Shown here piece after piece: positions 43,927-57,849 of a stretch of 64,000 nt of DNA; the stretch's first letter is position 1; the number at the start of each line of letters is the position of its first letter. The stretch comes from the human T2T-CHM13v2.0 reference genome, Homo sapiens: the NCBI RefSeq assembly GCF_009914755.1, contig NC_060928.1; one strand, given 5' to 3'. The notes beneath the pieces were generated by a model. That model was given only the letters and a program-made list of their open reading frames with translations, was not told the DNA's origin and searched no databases. Both the position numbers and the translations under genes were made by a program.

Positions 43927-44938
43927 TTACATTTTGGCATGATTTTGCAGTGCCTGGTACCAGTTGTTCCTTTCCATGTTTAGCACTTCCTTCAGGAGCT
44001 CTTTTAGTGCACGCCTGGTGGTGACAAAATCTCTCAGCATTTGCTTGTCTGTAAAGTATTTTATTTCTCCTTCACTTATGAAGCTTAGTTTGGCTGGATA
44101 TGAAATTCTGGGTTGAAAATTCTTTTCTTTAACAATGTTGAATATTGTCCCCCACTCTCTTCTGGCTTGTAGAGTTTCTGCCAAGAGATCCTCTGTTAGT
44201 CTGATGGGCTTCCCTTTGAGGGTAACCCGACCTTTCTATCTGGCTGCCCTTAACATTTTTTCCTTCATTTCAACTTTGGTGAATCTGACAATTATGTGTC
44301 TTGGAGTTGCTCTCCTCGAGGAGTATCTTTGTGGCGTTCTCTGTATTTCCTGAATCTGAATGTTGGCCTGCCTTGCTAGTTTGGCAAAGTTCTCCTGGAT
44401 AATATCCTGCAGAGTGTTTTCCAACTTGGTTCCATTCTCTCCGTCACTTTCAGGTACACCAATCAGAAGTAGATTTGGTCTTTTCACAGTCCCATATTTC
44501 TTGGAGGCTTTGCTCATTTCTTTTTATTCTTTTTTCTCTATACTTCCCTTCTCGCTTTTCATTCATTTCATCTTCCATCACTGATACCCTTTCTTCCAGT
44601 TGATCGCATCAGCTCCTGAGGCTTCTGCATTCTTTAGGTAGTTCTCTAGCCTTGGTTTTCAGCTCCATCAACTCCTTTAAGCACTTCTCTGTATTGGTTA
44701 TTCTAGTTATACATTCTTCTAAATTTTTTTCAAAGTTTTCAACTTCTTTGCCTTTGGCTTGAATGTCCTCCCGTAGCTCGGAGTAATTTGATCGTCTGAG
44801 GCCTTCTTCTCTCAGCTCGTCAAAATCATTCTCCGTCCAGCTTTGTTCCGTTGCTGGTGAGGAACTGCGTTCCTTTGGAGGAGGAGTGGTGCTCTGCTTT
44901 TTAGAGTTTCCAGTTTTTGTGCTCTGTTTTTTCCCCAT
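43927..44938 (-). pseudogene. L1 ORF1p, disrupted
   Basis: MGKKQ... start at 44938 and ...ALQNHAKM end at 43927; broken into at least three track ORFs. Confidence 0.96.
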
Positions 44939-45832
44939 CTTTGTGGTTTTATCTACTTTTGGTCTTTGATGATGGTGATGTACAGATGGGTTTTTGGTGT
45001 TGATGTCCTTTCTGTTTGTTAGTTTTCCTTCTAACAGACAGGACCCACAGCTGCAGGTCTTTTGGAGTACCCGGCCCTGTGAGGTGTCAGTGTGCCCCTG
45101 CTGGGGGGTGCCTCCCAGTTAGGCTGCTCCGGGGGTCAGGGGTCAGGGACCCACTTGAGGAGGCAGTCTGCCGGTTCTCAGATCTCCAGCTGCGTGCTGG
45201 GAGAACCACTGCTCTCTTCAAAGCTGTCAGACAGGGACATTTAAGTCTGCAGAGGTTACTGCTGTCTTTTTGTTTGTCTGTGCCCTGCCCCCAGAGGTGG
45301 AGCCTACAGAGGCAGGCAGGCCTCCTTGAGCTGTGGTGAGCTCCACCCAGTTCGAGCTTCCCGGCTGCTTTGTTTACCTAATCAAGCCTGGGCAATGGCG
45401 GGCGCCCCTCCCCCAGCCTCGCTGTCGCCTTGCAGTTTGATCTCAGACTGCTGTGCTAGCAATCAGCGAGACTCTGTGGACCTAGGACCCTCCGAACCAG
45501 GTGCGGGATATAATCTCGTGGTGCGCCGTTTTTTAAGCCCGTCGGAAAAGCGCAGTATTAGGTGGGAGTGACCCGATTTTCCAGGTGCCGTCTGTCACCC
45601 CTTTCTTTGACTAGGAAAGGGACCTCCCTGACCCCTTGCACTTCCCTTTTGAGGCAATGCGTCGCCCTGCTTCGGCTCATGCACGGTGTGCACACCCACT
45701 GTCCTGCGCCCACTGTCTGGCACTCCCTAGTGAGATGAACCCGGTACCTCAGATGGAAATGCAGAAATCACCCTTCTTCTGCGTCACTCACGCTGGGAGC
45801 TGTAGACCAGAGCTGCTCCTATTCGGCCATCT
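44939..45832 (-). promoter_or_regulatory. L1 5'UTR internal sense promoter and antisense promoter; the most CpG-rich part of the window
   Basis: Sequence matches the L1PA 5'UTR. Promoter function is family knowledge and is not shown for this copy. Confidence 0.75.
45395..45571 (+). pseudogene. L1 antisense ORF0, truncated to 58 aa by a frameshift near the C-terminus
   Basis: MAGAPPPASLSPCSLISDCCASNQRDS... from ATG 45395. It ends SIRWE* instead of continuing to the 71-aa consensus. Confidence 0.85.
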
Positions 45833-46075
45833 AACAACAAACTGATTTTAATAGCAAAACTTAAAATTATTGAGTTGAATTTCCTGTTTTTCTGGAAAAA
45901 GGAAATGCACCCTAGATGTGCATTCAAGAAAGTCACTAGATTAATTTGGTGATACTGCAAAATTCTTCCTCATTTAGATATCATTTATTAATTTAAAGAG
46001 GGTTTACAATCTGTAAAATACCTAGTACTAAATGGTTGACCAATTTTCCCCATATATTCCCCATCTATTTCATTC

Positions 46076-46118
46076 ATATATATATATATATAATATATAT
46101 ATATATACACACACACAT
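46076..46118. repeat. (TA)n(CA)n microsatellite
   Basis: Read directly from the sequence. Confidence 0.9.
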
Positions 46119-46202
46119 CTTTGAAGACATTTTATTCTTATAAATTCACATTCCAAATCTTCAGCAAAGTTTTAAGTACAATCGTGTTCAGTATTTCTGT
46201 AA

Positions 46203-46411
46203 GAGCCCTGTCCAGTAGAACTTTCCACAGTGATAGTCACATTTCGAGTCCTCAACAGCCACATGTGGCTAGTGGTTTACATGTGGCTGTTGAGCATTTG
46301 AAATGTGACTAGTGTAACTGAGGAGCTGAAAAGTTAGTTTTGTTTAATTTTAAATAATTTTAAGTTTAAATGGTCACATATTATTAATGGCTACTCGACT
46401 GGACAATGCAG
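46203..46411 (+). mobile_element. MER3 (hAT-Charlie MITE) with an internal inverted duplication
   Basis: ctgtccagtagaactttc ... gagcatttgaaatgtgactagtgtaactgaggagctgaa ... ggctactcgactggacaatgcag. Confidence 0.85.
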
Positions 46412-46924
46412 AGTTAACAGACTACCACCCAAGTCCTTGACAACTCATTCAGGCTTCATTCTTTAAGAAAATTAATTAGTATTTTATGCTTAATGATTAT
46501 GTTTTTCTTCACATATATGCAAGTAGATATCCAGCAGCATTTCTATTTATTTCTCTGTTTTATAGTGTACTATCTTAAATTAAAAAATTAATGACATCTG
46601 CCATCAGTGGGTACAGGGCAAAAAAAGAATTAATGACAGTTTAAAATCTCATCTATGCTTTATCATAGTGATGCACTCTTGGGAATTAAGCAGCTTCGCA
46701 TAATTAGCAGGTCACACACTTGTGGATAACATTTTAGATCAGAAATTCAGATGCCTTATTAAGCTTGGGGAGATTTTAATAGCAGAAAGATAGATGTATA
46801 TATGTGCCAAAATGTAAAATAAACATGGTTTAAATAAATTATGCCAGAGAGTGTTGACATAATTTATGAACATACAAAATTAATTCTTATTTTGTCTTCT
46901 CAATCTTCCTTGAAAACGAGGTCT

Positions 46925-47300
46925 CACCTCAGGGCCTTTGCACTGATTATCTGCCTGCTACACACTTGCTGCAAAGAGCCATAGGTCTTGTTATCTTATC
47001 TTTCTCCAGTCTGCACTAGTAGCATCTTCTCAGTAAAGTCAACTTTAACCACCCTATCCAAGAACATGGACTACCTGCCCCTCCTCACTCCCAAATTTCC
47101 ATACCCTGCTCTATTTTACCCTGCAGAATTCATTACTTTCTAATATACTATACCATTTATTCAGTTATCTTATTTTTGAGTCCTCTAACTAGATATGAGA
47201 TTATGAAAGTAGATATTTGGGTCATTTTTCTCACTGATATATCACCAGCTTCAGTACATGTCCAGGTGCTTTTGATAGCCCTCAATATGTATTAGCTACT
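46925..47300 (+). mobile_element. L2 3' fragment
   Basis: cacctcagggcctttgcactg ... ccctgctctatttt ... tcactgatatatcaccag. Confidence 0.7.
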
Positions 47301-47331
47301 GCTCAAATGACTTAATGAGTTGTCTAATATA

Positions 47332-47511
47332 TGGGTTGGCAATGGCAACTTTCTCTATAAAAAGCCATATAGTATATATTTTATACTTTACAGCCCACAT
47401 ACATTTTCTGTCACAAATTTTTTTAAAAATGTAACACTTTCTTGGCTGGCAGGTAGTATAAAAGTAGACTGTGGGCCACATTCATCCACAGACCATCGTT
47501 AGTCAACCCCA
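47332..47511. mobile_element. MER58-family hAT MITE
   Basis: Termini gggttggcaa ... ttagtcaacccc; internal gccatatagtatatatttta...tttacagccca. Confidence 0.65.
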
Positions 47512-48526
47512 GGTCCAATTTAATGGAGAATGCAACAGTAGAACAATACTCAGAAGATAATTAACCCTAGAATGATTTGTATTTAACATGGCACTTTGTG
47601 ATTATGTTTGTTATGTCCAACTTCCTAAAACTAGAGAAAACACCATTGTGGTTAATTCAGTCAGAATGACTAGAAACTGATCTAACTTGGCAAACTACAT
47701 CCTTTTTTAATCCCCAGTCTACCAAAATTATTATTCTCAGTCTCTTACAAAACATTAATACTAAATTGATGTTCGTTCCTTAGTTTTTTTTGATAGACCA
47801 CAAACACTATTTACAAAACCAATGGTTTGTTGGACTCTTTTCTCCCCCAAAATGTGCATGTAACCATGATTTTGCACACAGATTTTAAGGGCTAATAAAC
47901 TCACTGAAGCCTGATATTAAGAATCTCTTCCTCTTCTTTAGATTTGCTTATCTCTCTGGCTCATATTTGTTTTGTGTATCTAATAGAATGAAAAGATTTG
48001 CTTTAAATGGCCTTTCCTTTCAACTTATTGTTACTGGACACAGTGGAAAATGTCAAGAACTTTAATCAAACACAGCACCTAGTAATGCCAGCAAATACTT
48101 AAAAGCATGTTTTGCCTAAGATAAAATTTCAGTCAGATCATTTCTTCAGCAATCAGAATTTTTTCATAATGGGAAACAATGTTTTTGTTGCTTTTGTTTG
48201 TTTGGTTCTAGTAATCAGTACCATAGTATCCTTAGAGTCCCCCGAATTGATAAGATCCACATTCATTTTGGGCATTTGAAAGTCTTAGTATAATCAATCA
48301 AAAACAAAAGCATGATAGTCAGTATTCTTTCCTTTCCACATTGCTGTCATCAAGAAGTATAAGATCTAGACATTTCTTTTCTGTATCTTCCTTACATGAA
48401 CCATTTCCAATTTTATAAGGGTATATTCTATTTGTTTTTTAAAAAGATGTTCAAAGAGAGCCCTTTTTACCAATCCTGAAGTTCCCAGCATCAAATTCAG
48501 GTCAATAACCTTAGATATCATCTAGA

Positions 48527-48849
48527 GCTGCAATTCTCAACCAAGGAGTTGTGACAGTCCTGTGTCATGCTGGCAAGAGAGGTATGTCACCTGGTTTGTT
48601 ACTGAAAGTATTTGAAGTATTGCTATTCCCAATTATTTTACTTTGCAAAACATTTTATAATGAAGTTGTTTGTAGTTACTCCTACAATAGTATTATGTAT
48701 ATCAGCATTTAGTTGGGCCTTCACTAAAGAGTGAGCTCCCATAGAGGATTGAATATCTTCCTATATAAGTTCATGTGAGCATGTTGGTCACGGGAGCATC
48801 ATCTGTCAAATGTGTCTCATCAGAAAATAATAAATTGTGAGAATCACTG
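48527..48849. mobile_element. Possible old hAT-Charlie non-autonomous element
   Basis: TIR-like ends gcaattctcaacc ... tgagaatcactg, flanked by ctag/ctgg-type target sequence. Confidence 0.4.
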
Positions 48850-49665
48850 AACTGGAAACATTATCCTTCCCTGTGGAAAATATACATTCAATATGCTAAT
48901 TAAGGTAAAATACTGCACATATCCACTAATATTGATGGGCACCCTGTTTAAAAATTCCCAGGGACTTAAGTAAATCAACTGCTTAGGCTCAAGAAAATGT
49001 AAGCTGAAAACTGTTCCTTTGCCTGGTTAATCACAGTATACTTACTCAAGCTTCTTGGAAGGAAGTGAAGATAAAATTGTGGCAAACAGCCAGGATTAAT
49101 TAACAACGTCAAGGTCAAATTCACACATATTGCCTGGAAATGCTGGAAGTTACAATAAGAAGAAAAGCTATGACAGAACTAGGATGATGACAATTTTTAA
49201 AATAGACACAGATTGTTACCAAAAAAGAAGAAAACTGATTTACCTGTTTGATGATTCACAAATCCCATTGCCCTTCAGTAAGACATCTCTTAGTCTTGTT
49301 TTGTCACATTTTTAGATTTAAAAAAGCCAAAATATATCCCATTAGCCAAACACTAGATAACAAGAACAGATCAGAGTTTGAGAAGCATAGCAGTCATAGG
49401 AGGTCCAACAAATTACTGGTAGAGAGGATTTTGAACAAGCTATCTTCTCTCTCTTGCAAATATAATAAATTTTTTAAGATCAGAGTGCATATCACATGAA
49501 GTTAATAAAGTAGAAAATGACACTATTTACCTTCATCAAATAATATGTCAAGAAATTTATAGCTCAGCTCCTTGGAAATCTGTCTTATTTTGCCTGCTGT
49601 TTTTTGTAACATTTTAATAGCCGGAAGCAAATGGGGAACATAAAGCATGCTAGACCAAAAAAATT

Positions 49666-49668
<3 letters not shown>

Positions 49669-49710
<42 letters not shown>
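49669..49710. repeat. Perfect (AC)21 microsatellite
   Basis: Read directly from the sequence. Confidence 0.98.
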
Positions 49711-49712
<2 letters not shown>

Positions 49713-50810
49713 TTGTTTTATTTAGTAATCCTTTGTCTTATATCATTCTTATTATTTTCTGTAAGTAGTACATATTAATATCACAAAAATTAATGTGTGA
49801 CATTGGGTAGTTGGAAAAGGCACAGAATTACATGATAAATAATGAGCTAACCAACCCAAAGGAAGAGATGATTGGTAAGACAACTTCTTAAATAAGAGTT
49901 GTCATTACCCATGGTTTATCTACAGATTACTGCATGTCCCCAGGAACACCAGGCTAAAGGATATATTTCAAAGAAAGCCAGTTTTTCTGATCTTAGAAAG
50001 GATTCTCCATTCCAAGTCATATTAATAATCCACTTATTCTAACATCCTTCATAAAGAAGTGATTAGTTTGAGTTTTAAAAAGAGATTGAGGAAGGGGAGA
50101 TGAATTCTTCTAACTCGTTTTGCTTTTTACCATTGTCACGAAGGAGTAGATTTTATCTAAATTCTGAAAGGGACAGGTGAATTCATTATTCTTGCCTTGT
50201 ATCAAGAGCTATTTATTGTTTTATCTGCATTACTACTGACAGCAACAATAGTAAAAAACCACAAAAGCAAACAAATGCAATCCCTCTTAGTATTATATGA
50301 AATCATATTATATAATGTTGAACAAATAAGAAGAAGCTCCTATAGTTGACAATGATATAGTTGTATATAATTCCATATAAAATTTATATAATTAAAATTT
50401 AGGTAGATTTATTCTTTCTAGTTAATTTTCATTACCCACCCATTTGGCAAATGCTTTTTCATACCAGCTTTATAAATGCAGATACTGAGACTCAAAAAGT
50501 CTCAGGAAAATCTCTGCTTGTATATACTGTAACATTCTGGCAAGTTAATTTGTACCATATCAAAAAATTTCAGGATTCTCTTAATAGGCATATGATGACT
50601 AAATGTCCCCTAAGTTTATGCACTGTGTGGCTGAAAGTCTCTTGAGGTAATATACTTACATCCACTGTGGGCATTTATTGACTGTTTTCAGAACACTGAA
50701 TTGTGAAATTTATTTTCCTTTATTTTGAAGTGGAACTCACCCATCATTTTAATGCTGCATCTTAGTATTACATAAAAATGTAAATTTGTTTTTAAATAAT
50801 ATGTTTTTGA

Positions 50811-51187
<377 letters not shown>

Positions 51188-51317
51188 GTGCTGTTTTTAT
51201 ATAATGAAACATTTCATCTGAAATACAAAATGATTGCAAGATGTGGATAGATAAATAGATAATCTAGGTATTTCACATCCACCATAGAAACAGAGTATTA
51301 AATTATAATAGAATTAA

Positions 51318-51626
<309 letters not shown>

Positions 51627-51829
51627 ATAATAGAATTGAAAGTCTTTACATACTTCTGCTGAATTTTCTCTTCTCTTCCCAAAAGTATCTACTCTCCTGA
51701 ATTTCATATTTATCACTGGCATGCATTCTGTCATAATTTTAATTTATACATATTTATCTCTCAATAATAATGTGTTATTCTGGCTATTTTTTAAATCTAT
51801 GTAAATGATATCACATTATATAATCAAAG

Positions 51830-52237
51830 CTCATACCTGAAAGGAGCTTATCTAACACAATTTTTCTGTAAGGCATATCACAGCCTTCTTGAACTTAGAA
51901 ACAATAGACACGAATTCAGAACTGTACTTGGGAATAATTTCAAACAACAAAATCGCCAACAAAAAGAATAAAAGTGAGGGGGAAAACGTGGCACTAAATG
52001 GTCAATAAAGAACACGTTTTTACAGTAAGAGAACTGAAACAAAAAAACAGAATGTTGCCGTGTTCGACTTTGGTTAGGAATGTTTACACGGGGTTGTTCA
52101 GATTTTCTTTTGAGTTGCATGTGCACAAGTCCACAAATGACTGTTTAAGCACCATGAGTATCGATTTTGGGATTACCAAAAATTTTAGCAAGTAGGAAAA
52201 TTTATAAATATGGAATCAACAAGTGAAGATCAACCGT
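51830..52237 (-). mobile_element. TcMar-Tigger fragment (MER44/Tigger7-like left end)
   Basis: aaaacgtggcactaaat, gagtatcgattttgggattac, ttttagcaagtagg...aatatggaatc...gatcaaccg followed by ta (TIR plus TA target). Confidence 0.75.
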
Positions 52238-53832
52238 ATCTTTTTATAAAACCAACTTCACAAAGGGAAGATAGTTTTTGTGCATATAGAAATTAAGGCA
52301 CTCAAAACTCTATAAATATTATTCCATGTCTTCTAAAGTTTTATTGCCATATCAAATATCTAAAGCCAGTCTGGCTTTCAGACTTTTTAATATATGTTTC
52401 TTGATTATTTGTTTATTCATTGCATGGGGCTTTAAGAGGAATTTTTTCTTAGTTTATTCAAAATTCCTATTTCATCTGAAAATAAAGAGATGCCATTTGT
52501 AAATATCTAGTATAGTTATGTTTCTTGTTAATTCTACTCAACAACTGAACAGCAAGTCATCTTTTTGTTTGTTTGTTTCTATTTGTTTGATTATTGGTGG
52601 TCTTCCAGTTCATTCTTTGATTTATGCTTTCTTCCTGAAAAATATGTAAATAGCAAATCACCATGCTCTAAATTCCATCCTTTATTTTCTTTCAAAATGT
52701 ATTTCTCTTTTGTCTTTGAGTGGGATTCCACTATTTCTTCCTCTGTTTGATTTCTTCACTTTTTAGAAGTATTTATTTTATTATTCTGTTATGTTGTTTT
52801 TAAATTCACAACATGTTTTCAAATATATTTTAAGGTAACCTTTACCATATTTTCTGAAATTTGATTATTTTCCTCATAAGTAAAATAACACTAAGAATAA
52901 AAACTATGACTTTTTTTAACATGTTTTCTTATTTTGTTTCAATGGAGGTCTGTCTCGAGTTGGTTTCCCTTTTTTACAGCTATTTTTCCTAATCTGTTTA
53001 CATTCATAAATTAAGGTCTAGGTTATTTGATTTTGGTGGATGGCATGGCTCCATCAGCAATTGTGTAAGTCACTTTTTAAGGTCAATTACCTACCTCAGA
53101 TCAGCATTCAGGTTTCCCACAGGAACCTCCAACTCAGTGTATCTCCTCCAAACTCACCTCTCCTTTGCTTCTAATATTACCCAAGACAGGAATTTTGAAG
53201 TTCCTGGGCATCTCTCTTTTCCACAACAAACCTATTTGATCCATAACCCAATGGCACTGATATATATTTTTAATTTCGGGTGTTCCTCCTCATGTAAATT
53301 TCCACCACTTGCCCTAGCTTTCATCGTTTGTCTCCTAAATTCTTGCAAATGTCTCTGAATTTCTTTACCCTTTTCCCAGGAAATGCTGATCACTTTCTCC
53401 TTACTGTTCCTGAAGCTTCAGATGTTCAGACGCAGCTCAATAGCTCGTGAAGCCACACAAATGTCATACTAAGACCCTGGGACTCTCTTGCTTGGAAATA
53501 AAATTGGCCAGTATCCCTCTTGTGTTTGTGTCTCAGCAATCCTCCCCCATCAACTCTCATCACCTTATTTTAGATTCCTTAGATTCCAGTATAATTAAAT
53601 ATAGAAGTTATTTTTACCTTTTCAATTTGTTCATTGAGAATACAGTAGAATCTATTAGGTAGTCTATGTATTCCAGAGCTGGTTTATCACTATCATTTCT
53701 TCCATTATACCATGTGTCACAGTGTATGTTAAATTTGTCCTTTTTTTAAACCTATTAGTCTTCATCTTGACGGTATGGTTTTCTTGAACACAGGTATATT
53801 CATTTTTATTTCTATAGCCAAATTGTCACCTC

Positions 53833-53985
53833 TCTCTATATATACATATATAGGTATATATAGGGAGAAAGGATATATAGAGAGATGATGATCTATATTT
53901 ATATATAGAGAAATCTATATATTACATTTATATATGTATATATGTGTGTATATATAGATGAACATATATATATACATATATATGA
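53833..53985. repeat. Degenerate (TA)n low-complexity tract
   Basis: Read directly from the sequence. Confidence 0.85.
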
Positions 53986-54908
53986 ATTAACACTGAAAAA
54001 AAATGAGATTGGCAATTTTGTGTGTACCATTTCTTTTCTTGCCCACTTCCTCAGACCAAAATATAAGCCAAAAGTCAACTTCCAAGGATATCTCTTATAC
54101 AGGTTTTCCTTTGCATAAAACCCCTGGGGCTGTCATGTTCATATAATTGTAGTTGACCAGTGTAATCACATATTAAAACAAAGAGTTAAAACTTAACAAT
54201 TTAAGAGAAGGAGAGTTTTATTAATTTGGTTGCCAAGGTACTAATTATTTCTGATAATCTTTATACAAAGTAATAAACCATTGATCATTTAAGAATTTTC
54301 TTTAATCAATTAAGGCTAAATTTCTATTTATTTGCTTTTCCCATTGTTTAAAATTGTTTTAATCCCTTGGTGTCTCTGTTTTTAAATTAAAAACCTTATA
54401 ATGGAGCACTAAGTTTAAACTCTTTCTAGTTAGCATTTTCTTAGCTCTAGAAGTTAATTTAAATTAATAGAAATCAGTGATTTTCCCAGACATGGTAAAT
54501 TATTAGAGATAATAGCCAGTTATTATTAGAGATATAGCCAAATAGTATAAGAATAAAACTCAAGGGGGAGAGACTTAAGTAAAACATTTGGAGGAACTAT
54601 CACTGAGAGTTGTAGGACAAAGTAGGTATTATAAGCAATTGATGTTATAGACTGGTATCAAACTTCTGGAGATATTTAGGACATTGAGAGATTGATAGTT
54701 TTTTTGGAATTATGAAAGCACAATTTAAAAACAGGCTCAAGTTGTGTTTATCCTGAAAATTCCTTCTCTGGAGACTTCTATCTCTTCAAAGTTTCGAATG
54801 ACTTTTGTTGACTCCATTTCTCAATTCCCTCCAACTAAATTTTCAACTATTTTTCACTCTGACTTTGATTCTTATATATTAAAATTAATCTGATAAAGTG
54901 TTCACTGA

Positions 54909-55331
<423 letters not shown>

Positions 55332-55659
55332 CTGCCCTTTTAATTCCTTTCGAATTTTTTTTATTTTTTTATTCTTAAATAAATTTTTTTATTCTTGGTG
55401 TTGCTGACACATCATATTTACTGATATGGTTTCTTGCCGTATCCACTAATATGCCTTCTAGATTCTCTTCTTGTGAATTTTTTTTTTTTTTGGCTTCTGC
55501 AGCTTCAACTATTATGGTTATGCTTGAATCTCTCCTTTCACAAAACACACAGCTATTTTTAAACTGTTTACAAATTCTCAGCTGAGTGATTTGCAGATAT
55601 CTCCAATTCATTATACCGCCCAAATGAATTTTCCATCTTTTTTCTTTTCTTGGGAGGCA

Positions 55660-55900
55660 TTACAGTGTGGGGCTCAAGAATCTGGTTCTCAGAATAGAAT
55701 CTGTGCATGTGGCTCCGCCATCTACTAGCTTATTATCACCTTGAGCAACTTTCTAACTTCTTTACACCTCAGTAACTGTAATTGCAAAGGGTAGAAAGAA
55801 TAGTACTAACTTCACAAAGTAGGTGTGAGGTTTCAACAGGTTAATATATATAAATGGCTTAGCAGAATACATGATAACTGCCATTTCTATTTGTTATTGT
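55660..55900 (+). mobile_element. MIR SINE within fragmented L2 (~54800-56650)
   Basis: ggctccgccatctactagct...accttgagcaactttctaacttctttacacctcagt. Confidence 0.7.
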
Positions 55901-57849
55901 TCTTATTGTCAACTTCCCTTTCTCAGGGAACACTATCAATATCTGCCCATTCGCCCAAGCTAGAGACCGTGAAGTAATTCTATCAAGTTCTTACCCAGAC
56001 ATTCAATCCCTTACCAAATTCTTTTTCATTTACTTCTAAGATTTCTTGCAGCTTCTTCTTCTCTCTATTCCACTGTTAATGCCATAATCCTACCACTTGC
56101 TGCCAGAACATTACTTTAAAACTTCCTAATCATGTTCTCTGTCTCCATTCTCTCTCAGTCCATGAATGTGATGACTCTCAAAACAGAGTTAACTCTGCTA
56201 CTTCTTTAGAAACTGGTATTTACTGATTGCTTTTAGAATAATCTAAGCTTCATAGAATGGTATAAAGGCCACAACTTGATGCAGCCCCAGCCATTAGCGC
56301 CTGCTTCTGTGTTCCCAGTCCTGTTTGCTTAAACCATGCCCCTGTAAGTAGCCTGTGCTTCAACACTGTGTCTAAACTACCTTGTCTACGAGGCAAAGTT
56401 CCTTTGATGTTCTAGGTTAACATTCCAAACATACCTCCTCTCTGTAGCTCCTGACGCTCTTGACCACACTCCCTCCCCTCCTAAGGAATATTACTTGCTT
56501 ATCTACGTTTTTGCACTATTAAAGGGCTCTCCCCATTATACTATGATTACTTATTTGTCTATTCTTAGACTTTGGTCTTCTTAAAAGACAGAAACAATAC
56601 CTTCTTCCATGTATTTTAGTAACAAGTACATTGCCATTGGTAGATATTACCACATCTAACTGTAAAGGAGACTGAAAAATGCAATCTATCTGCTCAAGCA
56701 GAAGAGAATAGTGTAATCAGGCTTCATATGTGTTTCAGCTTTAATCTTGTGTTCTTCAATCACTTCAGGGCTGGCTAATTGGTTTATCACCTGTAATCAC
56801 TTTAGCCTTTCATTACTCAATATGAAAATATTTACTCACAAGTGGCAATAATTAGTAAAATCATAAGAATAGAATAGTGCACTTGCGTATTCTGTGTTCA
56901 CATAGTTATCTGGCCTTCTGACAGTTAACTGGAATACATATCAAACATGGAAGGGCAAGAACACACAAAAATGTAATAGTCTTAGAATAATAACTAATTC
57001 AGCATAAGTTTATGTGTGCTATTCAAATAATTTTGGTCACTATACTAAAACACTATACTATGACATTTCTTTGCCATAGTGAAAGTTATGTATTCATACT
57101 TTCAATAGACTTATTTTATTTTTTGATATTATGAGCTTATTTCAAAGCTTTCAACAGTATTTCTTGACATGGGAGGTTTTTGCTCAGAACTATACTTATA
57201 TTGAATTGGTCCCAAACTTACAGAAAGTTAGCGTAGGTCAGGTCCTTTGTGGAAATACTAATATATACTTGTTTTATAGAAATGTAGTATTGATTTGTCA
57301 TTCAAACTTGAAGGGTTACATGGCCGTGGAGTTCTACTTTTTGTCTAGATGTGGCTATGGAGGCACGTTTTTTACAAAAGGATATATGTTAACAAAAATG
57401 AAAAGGCTAAACAGGAAATTGTAAAAAGATTAATAGAAAAAAAGAGTCACATTTATTGTACATTTATGTACCAGGCTTTAAGATACTGTTTTGTTTTGTT
57501 TAAAAACTCTTACTATTACAATAAAATGGAACAAAAATAATTTCTAAAGAGATCAAATAACGGTCTGTTGAAACATAAGGATGTAGAGGGTCTTTGGTCA
57601 GTTTCCTCATTTAAGGATCTAGTCTCAGCATTGCAGTTCCATACATTTGATTGTTGGACCAAAGATTTGAGCAAGTTCACTGAAATTGCTCATGAATAAC
57701 AAGTGCAAATGACAGTTAATAATAGAACCAAACTATTTTTCAAGTGACTACAGGGACAGAAATACTTTAACAAGATAATTAAAGGATTAACAAATTATTA
57801 TCCAGAATATTATATGCTATGTATATATACAATATTCTTTCATTATTCT

